Notes: generated by a model from the sequence alone, not told the origin. Positions 1 through 9,675 are shown, counted from the stretch's first letter. The stretch is 64,000 nt of DNA from an uncultured Gemmatimonadales bacterium (GCA_963809895.1 CAWELD010000010.1:64001-128000); one strand, 5' to 3'. Made by a program: numbers and translations.

Positions 1-435
1 ACGGACATGCTGGTGAACTGCCCCATCGTGCCCGACGGCTCCACCGCCGAGCTCCGTCTGGGAGGCGAAGACAACGGCCTCACCACCGGATGGCACGACG
101 GCGAGGTCATCTACTACTTCAACTTCTTCGAGGCGCCCCTGTCGGTCACCGGTGACGGGATGGTGCCCACCAGCGACATCTTCGTCGCCTTCAACATCAA
201 CCCGGACCAGCCGGGCGGCGGACCGGCCTCGGGCTTCATGGTCGAGACCGGCACCATGCAGACGCACAACGTCGTCGAGACCGTCCCGGGCGATGCGCTC
301 TATTCGCCGCTGTGGGACGTGATGCCCTACGACAACGCGGCATTCAACACAGTGACGAACCTGGCGACCGCGCAGGCGGCCATGAACTTCGGCCTCGCCG
401 CGACGGTGAACTGCCCGATCGTCTCCATGCAGTAG
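1..435 (+). CDS. 5'-truncated repeat-domain protein (DUF7482-like)
   Basis: Frame open from base 1. VNCPIV occurs twice and a YSPLW motif is present. Family assignment is from memory. Confidence 0.6.
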   Translation, partial: TDMLVNCPIVPDGSTAELRLGGEDNGLTTGWHDGEVIYYFNFFEAPLSVTGDGMVPTSDIFVAFNINPDQPGGGPASGFMVETGTMQTHNVVETVPGDALYSPLWDVMPYDNAAFNTVTNLATAQAAMNFGLAATVNCPIVSMQ

Positions 436-463
436 ACCCCGACCACAACCAACAGGTGGACCG

Positions 464-492
464 GCCGGGGGCGGGAACGTCCCGCCCCCGGC
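464..492 (+). terminator. GC-rich hairpin (terminator or mRNA-stabilising stem)
   Basis: GCCGGGGGCGGGA-acg-TCCCGCCCCCGGC, perfect 13-bp stem after the stop codon; no U-tract. Confidence 0.5.
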
Positions 493-518
493 ATGGGCCC
501 CCTGCACCCTGACGAATC

Positions 519-1704
519 ATGATCAGACGACTCACGCTGGCCCTGGCGTTGACGATGCTCGGGGGATGGAGTCCCGCAGCTGGGGCCCAGAGCGTCGTGG
601 CCCGCTCCCCGAACATCGCGGGGGGCTGGACGGCCGCGCCCGGTGTCATCCAGCTCAACTTCCTGCACCGGTTCAGCATCAGCGATCCCCCACTCCGCAA
701 GATCACCAACACCCCCACCTTCAACGTGGGCACCGGCGTCACCGGCAACGTCATGGTGGGATTCGTCTACGGATCCAACTCGAGGCTGGTGCCCGCGTAT
801 CCGAACGAATGGGAGTTCTACGCCCGCGCGCTCCCCGTGGCCCAGGCCCGGGGTGCCCCGCTGGATGTGGCCGTGCAGGGTGGCTACAACCTGGCCTCCG
901 AGAGCATCGACGGAGAGCTGCTCCTGGCCCGGGGTCTGGGGAGGGTGCGGCTGTTGGCTGCAGGGCCGCGCCTTCTCGGAGGCCTACGCCGGTGACGAGA
1001 GCCGCTTCGCCGTGACCGGAGGGGCGGCGCTCAGCCTCACGCCCCGCGTGGCGCTGGCCGGCGACTACGGCGTGCTGCTCGACCGGTCCGAGGACGAGCG
1101 TCCGGCGTGGAGCGCCGGTCTGCAGGTGGGCGTGCCCTACACGCCCCACAGCTTCTCCATCCACGCCACCAACGTGGGGACGGCTTCGCTCGAGGGAACG
1201 TCCCGCGGGCTCCGCACCCGCTGGGGCTTCGAGTACACCATCCCCATCACCGTGCGGCGCTACGTGCCGTCGGGTGGGGACGGCGACGACAGCGAGGACA
1301 TGGCGGGGGCCGCGGCTGGTGGGATGGAGGCCGCTGCCGCCATGGACATGACCGATTCCGCCGCGGCCAGCGGGGCGATGGGCGAGTCGATGGGCGAGTC
1401 CATGGCCGCGGCGGACACGGTGTTCGTGGACATCAAGAACCTCGCCTACGGCAAGGAGCGCATCGAGATCACCCCGGGGACCACCGTGGTGTGGCGCAAC
1501 ATGGACCCCATCCAGCACTCCGTGACGAATCCCGATTCCATCTTCGACTCCGGGCTCATCGATCCCGGCAAGTCCTTCACCTGGACCTTCGCCGACCAGG
1601 GCACGTTCCCGTTCCACTGCGTCCCTCATCCCTTCATGAAGGGCACCGTCGTGGTGTCGGGCATGCGCGAGTCCAGTTCACCCAGTGAGGGAGGTGCGCC
1701 ATGA
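519..1704 (+). CDS. Secreted beta-barrel-like (DUF5777-like) domain + Met-rich linker + C-terminal cupredoxin; +1 frameshift at GGG 963-965
   Basis: Signal peptide; beta-strand pattern ending RWGFEYTIP; type-1 Cu motif HSVT...HCVPHPFM. Removing one G joins ORF 519..995 to ORF 643..1704 (LLAAGRAFSEAY). Confidence 0.75.
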
Positions 1705-2066
1705 GCAGGAGTCGTGGATGGATTCTGGGGCTGGCGCTGGCCACGGCGCTGACGATCCCGCTGGCCTGCAGCCAGCACACGGATCCCATGGAGCCCAGCG
1801 GCGGCGACGTGGTGGAGATCGAGATCCGCAACTACGAGTTCTCGCAGCCCGAGCTCCACATCGAGCCGGGGACCACCGTGCGGTGGAAGAACACGACGAA
1901 CACCTACCACACCGTCACCCCCGACGGCCACGACGCCTGGACGCAGTGGCAGACGGCCAGCGAGGGGCAGACCTTCGAGGTCACCTTCAACGTCGCCGGG
2001 GAATATCCGTACTACTGCATCCCCCACCGCTCGCTGGGCATGATGGGGACGATCATCGTGGAGTGA
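1701..2066 (+). CDS. Plastocyanin/azurin-family cupredoxin lipoprotein
   Basis: Lipobox PLAC; HTVT and YYCIPHRSLGM copper ligands; ATGA overlap with upstream gene. Confidence 0.9.
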   Translation: MSRSRGWILGLALATALTIPLACSQHTDPMEPSGGDVVEIEIRNYEFSQPELHIEPGTTVRWKNTTNTYHTVTPDGHDAWTQWQTASEGQTFEVTFNVAGEYPYYCIPHRSLGMMGTIIVE

Positions 2067-2086
2067 GTGGTTCCAGCCGGGACAAC

Positions 2087-2270
2087 GCAGCCCGCGTCGG
2101 TGCCGAGTCGGGGCGCGGGCTGCAAAGTCCTCGATTATCATGGGGAATGCAGCCCGCGGCACCGGCGCCATCGTCGGGGGCTGCAAAGCCCTGGATAATC
2201 ATGGGGATCGCAGCCCGCGCTCCCGGGCGCCCGCGTCGCGGGCTGCAAAGACCATGATCGTGATGCGGGG
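2087..2270. repeat. Tandem palindromic repeat array, three units, 61-62 bp period (REP/REPIN-like)
   Basis: GCAGCCCGCG at 2087, 2149 and 2210, each followed after 16-17 variable nt by CG(C/G)GGGCTGCAAAG and a GATnATCATGGGGA-like linker. Confidence 0.8.
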
Positions 2271-2313
2271 AACGTGTCGGCGGGCGGCGCTGAACCGGGT
2301 CGCCACGGCCACT

Positions 2314-2363
2314 TGTGTTGACTTTCGACACAACCAGAGCCATGATGTGTCGAAAGTCGACAC
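2314..2363 (+). promoter_or_regulatory. Sigma70 promoter overlapped by two palindromic operators of padR
   Basis: TTGACT(2318)-N17-CATGAT(2341); operators TGTGTTGACTTTCGACACA (2314-2332) and TGTGTCGAAAGTCGACAC (2346-2363). Confidence 0.75.
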
Positions 2364-2390
2364 CAGCCGTCCGCCCAGCCCGTCCACCCC

Positions 2391-2726
2391 ATGGCTCCTG
2401 ACCGCTCGTCCGAGGTCCTGCGCGGCACCCTGGACCTTCTGATCCTCAAGACGCTGGCCGTGGAGGCCATGCACGGGTGGGGCATCAGCCAGCGCATCCA
2501 GCAGCTGTCCGACGGCCTGCTGGACGTCAATCAGGGCTCGCTCTATCCGGCGCTGCAGCGGCTGGAGGAGCGGGGTTGGGTGAAGGGGAAGTGGGGACGC
2601 ACGCCGGAGAAGCGGCGGGCGCGCTACTACCATCTCACCCCGGTGGGGCGCCGTGCCCTGGGAGAGGAGACCGCGAACTGGCGGCTCTACGTGGGTGCGG
2701 TGGAACAGATCCTGGGTGCGAGCTGA
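2391..2726 (+). CDS. PadR-family regulator, acidobacterial (TIGR03433-like) type
   Basis: GTLDLLILKTL, HGWGI, GSLYPALQRLE, RRARYY motifs. Confidence 0.95.
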   Translation: MAPDRSSEVLRGTLDLLILKTLAVEAMHGWGISQRIQQLSDGLLDVNQGSLYPALQRLEERGWVKGKWGRTPEKRRARYYHLTPVGRRALGEETANWRLYVGAVEQILGAS

Positions 2727-2735
2727 GGCGGGGGG

Positions 2736-5366
2736 ATGAACGTCTTCATCCGGCTGCTGCGGCGGGCGCTCTATCTCCTGCGTCGCCGCTCCATGGACGA
2801 GACCATGGACGAGGAGATGCGTTTCCACATCGACATGGAGACGGAGAAGAATCTCCGCGCCGGGATGGGCCCTGCCGAGGCACGGCGGGCGGCGCTGGTG
2901 GCGTTCGGGGGTGTGGAGCGGCACCGCGAGGCGACCCGCGAAGCGCGTGGAACCGCGCTGGTGGAGAGCGTCGTGCGCGACGGCGCGCGGGCCTTTCGCA
3001 ACATGCGCCGGGCGCCGATCTCGACCTTCACCGCGGTGACGTCGCTGGCTCTGGGCCTCGCGGCGACGGCGTTGGTTCTGGTCTTCGCCGAGGCCTTCCT
3101 GCTTCGCCCCCTGGACGCGCCGGATCCGGATCGCCTGGTCTCGTACGAGGAGGACCACGTCGGGCCGGGCGGCAACTCGCAGAGCGGCCACAGCGGGGTG
3201 GCGTACGCCCGCTACCGGCAGATGGCTGCGGCCGCGGCCCCGGTGGCGGACCTCGCCGCGTACACCTACGACGGCGTGTCGCTCGTGGCCGACGGGCAGG
3301 CCTCGGCCGGCATCGGCACGCGCGTGAGCCGGAACTACTTTCGCGCTCTGGGCCTGCGGCCTGCCGTCGGGCGGTTCTTCGAGCCGTCGGACGAGGGCGA
3401 AGGGGGGCCGCCGGAGGTGGTGCTGAGCGCGCACTACTGGCGCACGGCGCTGGGCGGGGACCCGGACGTGGTGGGACAGTCGATCCGGGTGGACGGGCGC
3501 CCGCACACCGTGGTGGGCGTCGCGCCCGAGGGCTTCAATGGCGTGCTTCTCGGGCTGGCCTCCGAGGTGTGGGTGCCCGCGGACCTGTGGGTGTACAGCG
3601 CCGACGGATCGCGCCGTCCCCATCTGGCGGTCTTCGGCCGGCTCACTCCCGGAACCACGTCCACGGCAGCGACGACGGCCATCGACCGCGTCGCCCGGTC
3701 CCTTCCACCGGAGGTCGAGGGGTCCGAGATCCGTCGCGCGTGGCTGGATCCCCTGACGCCCGTGCCTGAGGCCTTCCGCGGCTCGGCCGTGAGCCTTCTG
3801 GGGATCCTGCTGGCCATGGCGGGACTGGTTCTCGCCGTGGCCGCCGCCAACGTGGGAGGCATCCTCCTGGTGAGGGCCGCCGGCCGCCGCCGTGAGGCCA
3901 CCATGCGCATGGCGCTCGGCGCACCCCGGGGGCGGCTGATCCGCACGTTGGCGACGGAGACGCTGGTCCTCTTCCTGGCCGGAGCGGCCGCCGGTCTCGT
4001 CCTGGCGTTCTGGCTGGCAGGGGTGGTCGAGGCCTATCACCTGCCGGTGGCGGTGCGGGTGGCCGTCGACCTGTCGCTGGACCTCCGGGTCGCCCTGGTC
4101 GCCGTGGGCATCATGCTCCTGGTGGGCCTGACGCTGGGATGCGTCACCGGCGTGCAGGCCACCGCCCGGCTCGATGCCAACGCCTTGCGCGGGGGGTGGG
4201 CCGGCGAGCCTCCACGGTCCATTCGCTTGCGTCGGATCTTCGGGGTCGCGCAGCTCGCCGTGACCGCGGTACTGCTCTTCTCGGGAGGCCTCTTCGTCCG
4301 GACGGTCCAGCGGGCGCTGGCCGTGGACCCCGGCCTCGATCCCGCGGGCCTGGTCATGGCGCCGGTATCGCCCGGCGCCGCGGGCTACGGACCCGAGGAG
4401 TCCGAAGCGTTCATCGCTCGGCTGCTGGAGCGGCTGCGCGCGCGGCCGGATCTGGAGGCCGCCGTGGCGCGGACGGCTCCGCTGTCCGGGGGCGTGAACT
4501 CGGACGACATCGAGCTCGCCGACGGCCGCACCGTGCCGACCCACTACGGGTGGGCCGAGGGCGCTTGGTTCCAGACCGCCGGGGCCCGCATCGTGCGCGG
4601 GCGCGCCTTCGGACCGGACGAGGCACGGGACGGGACGGCCCCCGCGGTCATCAACGAGAGTCTGGCCGCGAGGCTGTGGCCCGGGGAGTCCCCTCTGGGG
4701 CGGACGTTCAGGTTGCGAGGCGTGGATCGCACGGTGGTCGGGGTGGTGGCCGACGGCCGCTACCGCGACATGGCCGAGGTGGGTGCGCACTATGCCTTCC
4801 TCCCGTTCCCGGGGCGGTTCGGCTCACCGATTACGGTCTTTCTCCGGAGCAGCGACCGGTCGACGGCGACGGCCGTGGGCGCGTTGCGTGAGGAGTTGGC
4901 CGCCCTGGACCCCGACGTGACGCCCCGCGTCGTGACGCCCATGGAGGATCAGATCGCCTACTTCCTCGCTCCCCAGCGGGCGGCGGGCTGGCTGATCGGG
5001 GTGTTCGGGCTCGTGGGGCTGACCCTGGCCTGCGTGGGGCTCTTCGGAATCACCGCGTTCCAGGTCGCGCAACGCGTGCGGGAGATCGGCATCCGGGTGG
5101 CGCTGGGCGCTCCGCGGGGCCGCGTCGCCAGGGCCGTGGTCTCCTCCGCGCTCCGCATGACGGCGGTGGGATTGATCCTGGGTGTGGTGGGCGGGCTGGT
5201 GGTGAGTCGCCTGGCCTCGCGCTTCCTGTTCGGGGTCGGTCTGGCGGATCCCTGGCTCCTCCTGACGATCCCCACGATCCTGGTGGCGGCGACGCTGCTG
5301 GCGAGCTGGGTACCGGCCCGTCGCGCCACCCGCGTGGATCCGGCGAAGCTGCTGAGGGACGCCTAG
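2736..5366 (+). CDS. Duplicated MacB/FtsX-like ABC permease (ADOP) with prefix type 1
   Basis: N-terminal DEEMRFHIDME prefix; two periplasmic + FtsX repeats; REIGIRVALGA; PARRATRVDP. Confidence 0.95.
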   Translation: MNVFIRLLRRALYLLRRRSMDETMDEEMRFHIDMETEKNLRAGMGPAEARRAALVAFGGVERHREATREARGTALVESVVRDGARAFRNMRRAPISTFTAVTSLALGLAATALVLVFAEAFLLRPLDAPDPDRLVSYEEDHVGPGGNSQSGHSGVAYARYRQMAAAAAPVADLAAYTYDGVSLVADGQASAGIGTRVSRNYFRALGLRPAVGRFFEPSDEGEGGPPEVVLSAHYWRTALGGDPDVVGQSIRVDGRPHTVVGVAPEGFNGVLLGLASEVWVPADLWVYSADGSRRPHLAVFGRLTPGTTSTAATTAIDRVARSLPPEVEGSEIRRAWLDPLTPVPEAFRGSAVSLLGILLAMAGLVLAVAAANVGGILLVRAAGRRREATMRMALGAPRGRLIRTLATETLVLFLAGAAAGLVLAFWLAGVVEAYHLPVAVRVAVDLSLDLRVALVAVGIMLLVGLTLGCVTGVQATARLDANALRGGWAGEPPRSIRLRRIFGVAQLAVTAVLLFSGGLFVRTVQRALAVDPGLDPAGLVMAPVSPGAAGYGPEESEAFIARLLERLRARPDLEAAVARTAPLSGGVNSDDIELADGRTVPTHYGWAEGAWFQTAGARIVRGRAFGPDEARDGTAPAVINESLAARLWPGESPLGRTFRLRGVDRTVVGVVADGRYRDMAEVGAHYAFLPFPGRFGSPITVFLRSSDRSTATAVGALREELAALDPDVTPRVVTPMEDQIAYFLAPQRAAGWLIGVFGLVGLTLACVGLFGITAFQVAQRVREIGIRVALGAPRGRVARAVVSSALRMTAVGLILGVVGGLVVSRLASRFLFGVGLADPWLLLTIPTILVAATLLASWVPARRATRVDPAKLLRDA

Positions 5367-5375
5367 CAGGTCGCA

Positions 5376-5408
5376 AGTGGTAGGCCCGCCCGGGCGCAAA
5401 CCGGGGCT
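5376..5408 (+). promoter_or_regulatory. Putative MocR-type box upstream of the dehydrogenase
   Basis: AGTGGTAGGC...AAACCGGGGCT matches the arrangement and spacing of the box at 6556. Confidence 0.4.
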
Positions 5409-5423
5409 TGTGATGCGCGGGCC

Positions 5424-6545
5424 GTGAGACCTTTCTCCATCCATGTCTCTCGCGCATCTCCTGGCACGGTTCCTCTCGTGATCGCGTCTCCCGTGGACTG
5501 GGACGGGCTGGCGGTCCTCCAGAGCCACCACGCCCCCACCGGCTCCCGGGTCTTCCTGGCCCTTCACGACGACACCCTGGGTCCCTTCACCGGGGGCACC
5601 CGGCTGCGCTGCTATCGGGATCCCGTCGACGGGCTTCGCGACGCTACCGCACTGGCCCGCGCCATGACCTTCAAGTGGGCCCTTCTGGACGCCGAAGCCG
5701 GTGGAGCCAAGGCCGTGCTCGCCACCACACGGCGCTTGCGGGCCGATGAGCGCCAGGCGCTGCTGGACCACTTCGGGACCACCCTCCGACGCGTAGGCGT
5801 GCAGTTCCACACGGGGGTCGATTTCGGCACCCGTCCCGCCGACATTGCGCGTGTGATCACCGCGGCGGGCGGCGATCCCACCTTCGCCCGCGACACGAAC
5901 TTCGGCCTCCTGACGGCACTGGGGGTGCGCTCGGCCATGCGGGCCGCGGCGCGGTCCCGGCTCGGAGCCGACAGCCTCGCCGGCCTGCGGATCGTGGTGC
6001 AGGGCGCGGGCCAGGTCGGCGCTGCGCTGGTTCCACTCCTGGTCGGCGACGGTGCCGAGGTCCTGGTTGCCGAGACGCGCACCGAGCGGCTCCGGCCCCT
6101 GATCGAAGCGTTGGGTGAGGCCGTGGGGGCGGTGCCTCCATCCGAGGCGCTGGCCGTTCCGTGCGACATCGTCGCGCCCTGTGCCCTGGGGGGAGTCCTG
6201 TCGCCGGACGCGGTGGCTGCGATGCGCTGCGCCATCGTCGCGGGCGCAGCGAACAATCAACTCAGCCAGCCGTCCGTTGCCGAGCAGCTGCACCACCGAA
6301 ACATCCTCTACGTGCCCGACTTCCTGGCCGGCGGAGGTGCGGCGCTGGGCCACGTCCTCAGCGCCGGCGGACGGTCTCCCGTGGCGCTGGAAGGGGGCAT
6401 GGAGCGCATCGGGGCGTTGGTGACCGAGGTCCTTGCCGATGCGGAGTCTCGCCACGAATCCCCCGTGCGCAGTGCGGAACGCCGGGCGCGGGAGCGCATC
6501 GAGGCGGCGGCGGGGGACTCCCGTCCGGCTCGCCTGCTTCAGTAG
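5424..6545 (+). CDS. Glu/Leu/Phe/Val amino-acid dehydrogenase (start uncertain)
   Basis: GGTR, MTFK, GGAKAV catalytic Lys, QGAGQVG NAD motif, PCALGG, GAANNQL, YVPDF. Confidence 0.9.
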   Translation: MRPFSIHVSRASPGTVPLVIASPVDWDGLAVLQSHHAPTGSRVFLALHDDTLGPFTGGTRLRCYRDPVDGLRDATALARAMTFKWALLDAEAGGAKAVLATTRRLRADERQALLDHFGTTLRRVGVQFHTGVDFGTRPADIARVITAAGGDPTFARDTNFGLLTALGVRSAMRAAARSRLGADSLAGLRIVVQGAGQVGAALVPLLVGDGAEVLVAETRTERLRPLIEALGEAVGAVPPSEALAVPCDIVAPCALGGVLSPDAVAAMRCAIVAGAANNQLSQPSVAEQLHHRNILYVPDFLAGGGAALGHVLSAGGRSPVALEGGMERIGALVTEVLADAESRHESPVRSAERRARERIEAAAGDSRPARLLQ

Positions 6546-6555
6546 ACGACGGCAG

Positions 6556-6588
6556 AGTGGTATGCTTGTGCGGGGGAAATCTGGAGCT
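6556..6588 (+). promoter_or_regulatory. Putative MocR box upstream of the MocR gene
   Basis: AGTGGTATGC-N16-TGGAGCT. Confidence 0.45.
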
Positions 6589-6702
6589 ACCGACAAGACC
6601 GCTCGTGCGCTTCCTTGAAGCCGCGCACAGGTCGGCGCAGGGGGGTAGGCGCCGGGGGGCTGGCGCAGGCAACGGTGATCGCACCGCGGGAGGATTCCAC
6701 AC

Positions 6703-8250
6703 ATGGCGAGGCGCGCCGCGGGCCTGATCCCGTTCATCCATCTGGATCCCGGGCGTCGCATGCCTCTCTACCGGCAGCTCGACGAGGGACTCAGGTCCGC
6801 CATCCTGTCCGGACGCCTCGAGCCCGGCGCCCGTCTGCCGTCGTCCCGCTCTCTGGCCGACGACCTCGACATCTCCCGCTCCACGGTGCTGGGCGCGTAC
6901 GATCAGCTACTGGCCGAGGGATACCTGGAGGCTCGGGAAGGCTCGGGGACCTTCGTCGCCGCCAGCATTCCCGAGCACGTGGGGCGCTTCGGGTCGCGCC
7001 GCGCCGCACGCCGTGACCCCCAGGAGCGCATCGCACCCGCCGTCTCGGAACTGTCCCGCCGCGGCCTGACGCTGTCCCGGGCCGGCGGCGACTTCGACAC
7101 GCACCTGAACCCGGCGCGGCCCTTCCAGCCGGGGCTGCCGTCGTCGGCGGACTTTCCCCGGCGGGCATGGACCCGGATCGCCCGCGGCATCGAGCCCGCC
7201 AGCGCTGGACTGGAGCACGACGTGCGGGGCGACGCGGAGCTCCGGGCGGCCATCGCCGAGTACCTCAAGACCACCCGAGGCACGGCGTGCACACCGGAGC
7301 AGGTCCTCATCACCACCGGCGCCCAGCAGGCGTTGGCTCTGGCGGTACAGGCCTTTCTCGATCCCGGAGACGAGGTGTGGCTCGAGGATCCGGGCTACCT
7401 GAGTGCGCGCCATGCCTTTCAGGGCGCGGGTGTGCGCGTGGTGCCGGTCCCGGTGGACCAGGATGGACTGGACGTGGCCGCGGGGCTCGCCCGGGCTCCC
7501 CAGGCCCGCCTCGCCTACGTGTCGCCCTCGCATCAGTTCCCCCTGGGGGTCTCCATGTCGCTGCCGCGGCGGTTGGCCCTCCTGGAGTGGGCCTACGAGA
7601 ACGACGCCTGGATCATCGAAGACGACTACGACAGCGAGTACCGCTTCCAGGGCCGGCCCCTGCAGGCGCTCCAGGGTCTGGACCGGCGGGGGCGGGTGAT
7701 CTACCTCGGCACCTTCTCCAACGCGTGCTTTCCCGTCGCCCGAGTCGGATACCTCGTGGCCGCGGAGCCCCTGGCCGAGGCGCTCATGACCACGCGCATC
7801 GTGCTGGAGGGCAGGATTCTGTTCGAGGGCCAGCCTCCACTCCTGGTGCAGCGCACCCTGGCCCGCTTCATCCGGGACGGTCACCTCGCGCGCTACCTGC
7901 GCGTGCAGCGTGCCCGCACCGAGGAGAGCCGTGAAGCACTGGCCCAGGCGCTCCAGGACGAGCTTCCGGACCTGCTGCGCATCGAGCCGGCGGACGCCGG
8001 CGTGCACCTGGTCGCATGGCTCCCGCCCGAGCTCGACGATCACCAGGTCGTGGCGTGGGCCCGTGCGGCGGGCGTGCAGGTGTTCCCGCTGTCGGGCTTC
8101 TTCCTCGAACGAGAGGCCCGATCGGGGCTCATCTTCGGCTTCGCCTCGTTCACCCCCGACGAGATCCGGCCGGCGGTGGCCGCCCTGGCCGAGGCGATCC
8201 GTGACGCGCTCGCCAGGGCGGCATCTCTGCCGTCATCGACCGACCCGTAG
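6703..8250 (+). CDS. MocR/GabR-family PLP-dependent transcriptional regulator
   Basis: GntR HTH (LPSSRSLA...SRSTV...AYDQLLAEGY) + aminotransferase domain (PSHQFPLG, IIEDDYDSEYR, GTFS). Confidence 0.95.
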   Translation: MARRAAGLIPFIHLDPGRRMPLYRQLDEGLRSAILSGRLEPGARLPSSRSLADDLDISRSTVLGAYDQLLAEGYLEAREGSGTFVAASIPEHVGRFGSRRAARRDPQERIAPAVSELSRRGLTLSRAGGDFDTHLNPARPFQPGLPSSADFPRRAWTRIARGIEPASAGLEHDVRGDAELRAAIAEYLKTTRGTACTPEQVLITTGAQQALALAVQAFLDPGDEVWLEDPGYLSARHAFQGAGVRVVPVPVDQDGLDVAAGLARAPQARLAYVSPSHQFPLGVSMSLPRRLALLEWAYENDAWIIEDDYDSEYRFQGRPLQALQGLDRRGRVIYLGTFSNACFPVARVGYLVAAEPLAEALMTTRIVLEGRILFEGQPPLLVQRTLARFIRDGHLARYLRVQRARTEESREALAQALQDELPDLLRIEPADAGVHLVAWLPPELDDHQVVAWARAAGVQVFPLSGFFLEREARSGLIFGFASFTPDEIRPAVAALAEAIRDALARAASLPSSTDP

Positions 8251-8265
8251 GCCGGTCGGCCGACC

Positions 8266-9372
8266 TCAGCTCGCGATTCGACTCAGCGTGATCCGGGTGA
8301 GCGGCTCCCAGGACGTGCCGCCGTCGGGGGACTCCTCCCAGACCTGCTGAAACTGGTCGGGGGATACCTCGGACCAGGTCGTGCGCACGGGGCGGCCCTG
8401 TCGACTCGTGGGCGCCAGTTCGCCCTCCAACGCCAGCCCGCTGGAGCCCAGATCGCCGTCCATCTCGAAGACGGTGCCGGTGTTGTCGGCGTGCACCATG
8501 AAGAAGTGTCCGACGATGCGATCGAAGGTCAGATACCGGCGCGACGCGTAGCCGCGTTGGCCCTGGAAGTCCTCCACCAGCAGACAGGCACCGACTTGCG
8601 AGGTGAAGGTCGTCGTGCCCAGCACCGAGCCGTCGGAATCCGTGACCTCCCAGGTGCCCACGAGATCGTCCAGGGCTCGGATCGCCGTGAAGACGTTCAC
8701 GCACGTGCCCGGCGCCGGAGGTGGCGCAGACCCGTCCGCCACGGCCTGATACACGCCGTCGAAGATGTTGGAGTAGGTCTGACCTCCGTCGGTGCTGAGG
8801 AACCACTTCTGGCGCACGGTGCCGTCATCCTGGGGAATCCAGCCCACGACGCTCTTGTACGAGGTGCCCGAGACCACCGAGGTGCGCTCGGCGTCCCGCA
8901 TCACCATGGTGCCGTCCTCCAGTCCTCCGCGAAGTCGGAGCGTGAACCCCGTGGCATCCACGTAGGTCTGCGTCCAGCGGTTCAGGCGGCGGTCGTAGAC
9001 GTTGAGGCTGCGGCCCCAGCCCCCGGCGTAGTTCTCCATCACGACGCAGCCGTTCAGCTCCGAGGTGATACGGCTCGGTGTGCCCGGCAGGGTGCCACCC
9101 GGCGGAGTGATGTTCCAGTCCCCGACCCAGAACGAAAAGTCGTCGTAGACGTCGGCCTGGCAGGCGCTGCCGTTCACCACGCCGCGCGTGGCCAGGCCGT
9201 AGATGCCGGCGAGCCCCGGATCCACGGGACCCGCGGACATGCTCTCGGCTCGCTCGGGCTCGGGCGCCAGAGACAGGTCGCCGTCGGAGCAGCCGGTGAG
9301 CCAGCCGAGCATGGCCACGGTAGATGCCACCAGGGCGAGGCGGTACGAGCGGTCGGTAGCGGAAGAGTGCAT
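8266..9372 (-). CDS. Lipoprotein with two tandem DUF1579-like beta-barrel domains
   Basis: RBS GGAGG before ATG 9372; lipobox LTGC; FSFWVGDW and LVGTW repeats. Confidence 0.7.
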   Translation of the reverse strand: MHSSATDRSYRLALVASTVAMLGWLTGCSDGDLSLAPEPERAESMSAGPVDPGLAGIYGLATRGVVNGSACQADVYDDFSFWVGDWNITPPGGTLPGTPSRITSELNGCVVMENYAGGWGRSLNVYDRRLNRWTQTYVDATGFTLRLRGGLEDGTMVMRDAERTSVVSGTSYKSVVGWIPQDDGTVRQKWFLSTDGGQTYSNIFDGVYQAVADGSAPPPAPGTCVNVFTAIRALDDLVGTWEVTDSDGSVLGTTTFTSQVGACLLVEDFQGQRGYASRRYLTFDRIVGHFFMVHADNTGTVFEMDGDLGSSGLALEGELAPTSRQGRPVRTTWSEVSPDQFQQVWEESPDGGTSWEPLTRITLSRIAS

Positions 9373-9558
9373 GGGACCTCCGGGGGTGGAGTGGGTGAGG
9401 ACCCCCGGGGCCGGTGCCACCGACGTCGGCGGACGGTCGGGGAGGCCACTGGGGGGTGGACACAGGGGGGCGCGCGTCCCAGGCGCTCGCCTCGCATGAC
9501 CACTCCGACCATGCCAGCGTCGAGGGCCGCGCCCAAGGGCCGGAATTCGCGCCCCGGC

Positions 9559-9612
9559 CATACCAGAACCCGCCCCCGGAACTGGTATGCCGCGTCGCCT
9601 CGGAGTGGACCT
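9559..9612. promoter_or_regulatory. MocR/GabR-type operator in a divergent promoter
   Basis: CATACCAG-N15-CTGGTATG inverted repeat, plus TGGACC 23 bp downstream of the TGG. Confidence 0.55.
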
Positions 9613-9675
9613 GTACGCCGGTGCGCGTGCGGCCTAGTGTCCGGGATCCAGGCTTCCCTCCGACACGCGGTATCC

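Noticed and set aside
2087..2270. CRISPR array
   Set aside because: Inserts are only 16-17 nt, repeats are degenerate, and there are no cas genes or leader
2199..4790. Long antisense or alternative-frame ORFs (also 25326..27632, 36610..38886, 53097..55454, 59362..61848 and others)
   Set aside because: Shadow ORFs expected at about 70% GC opposite well-supported genes; no recognisable motifs
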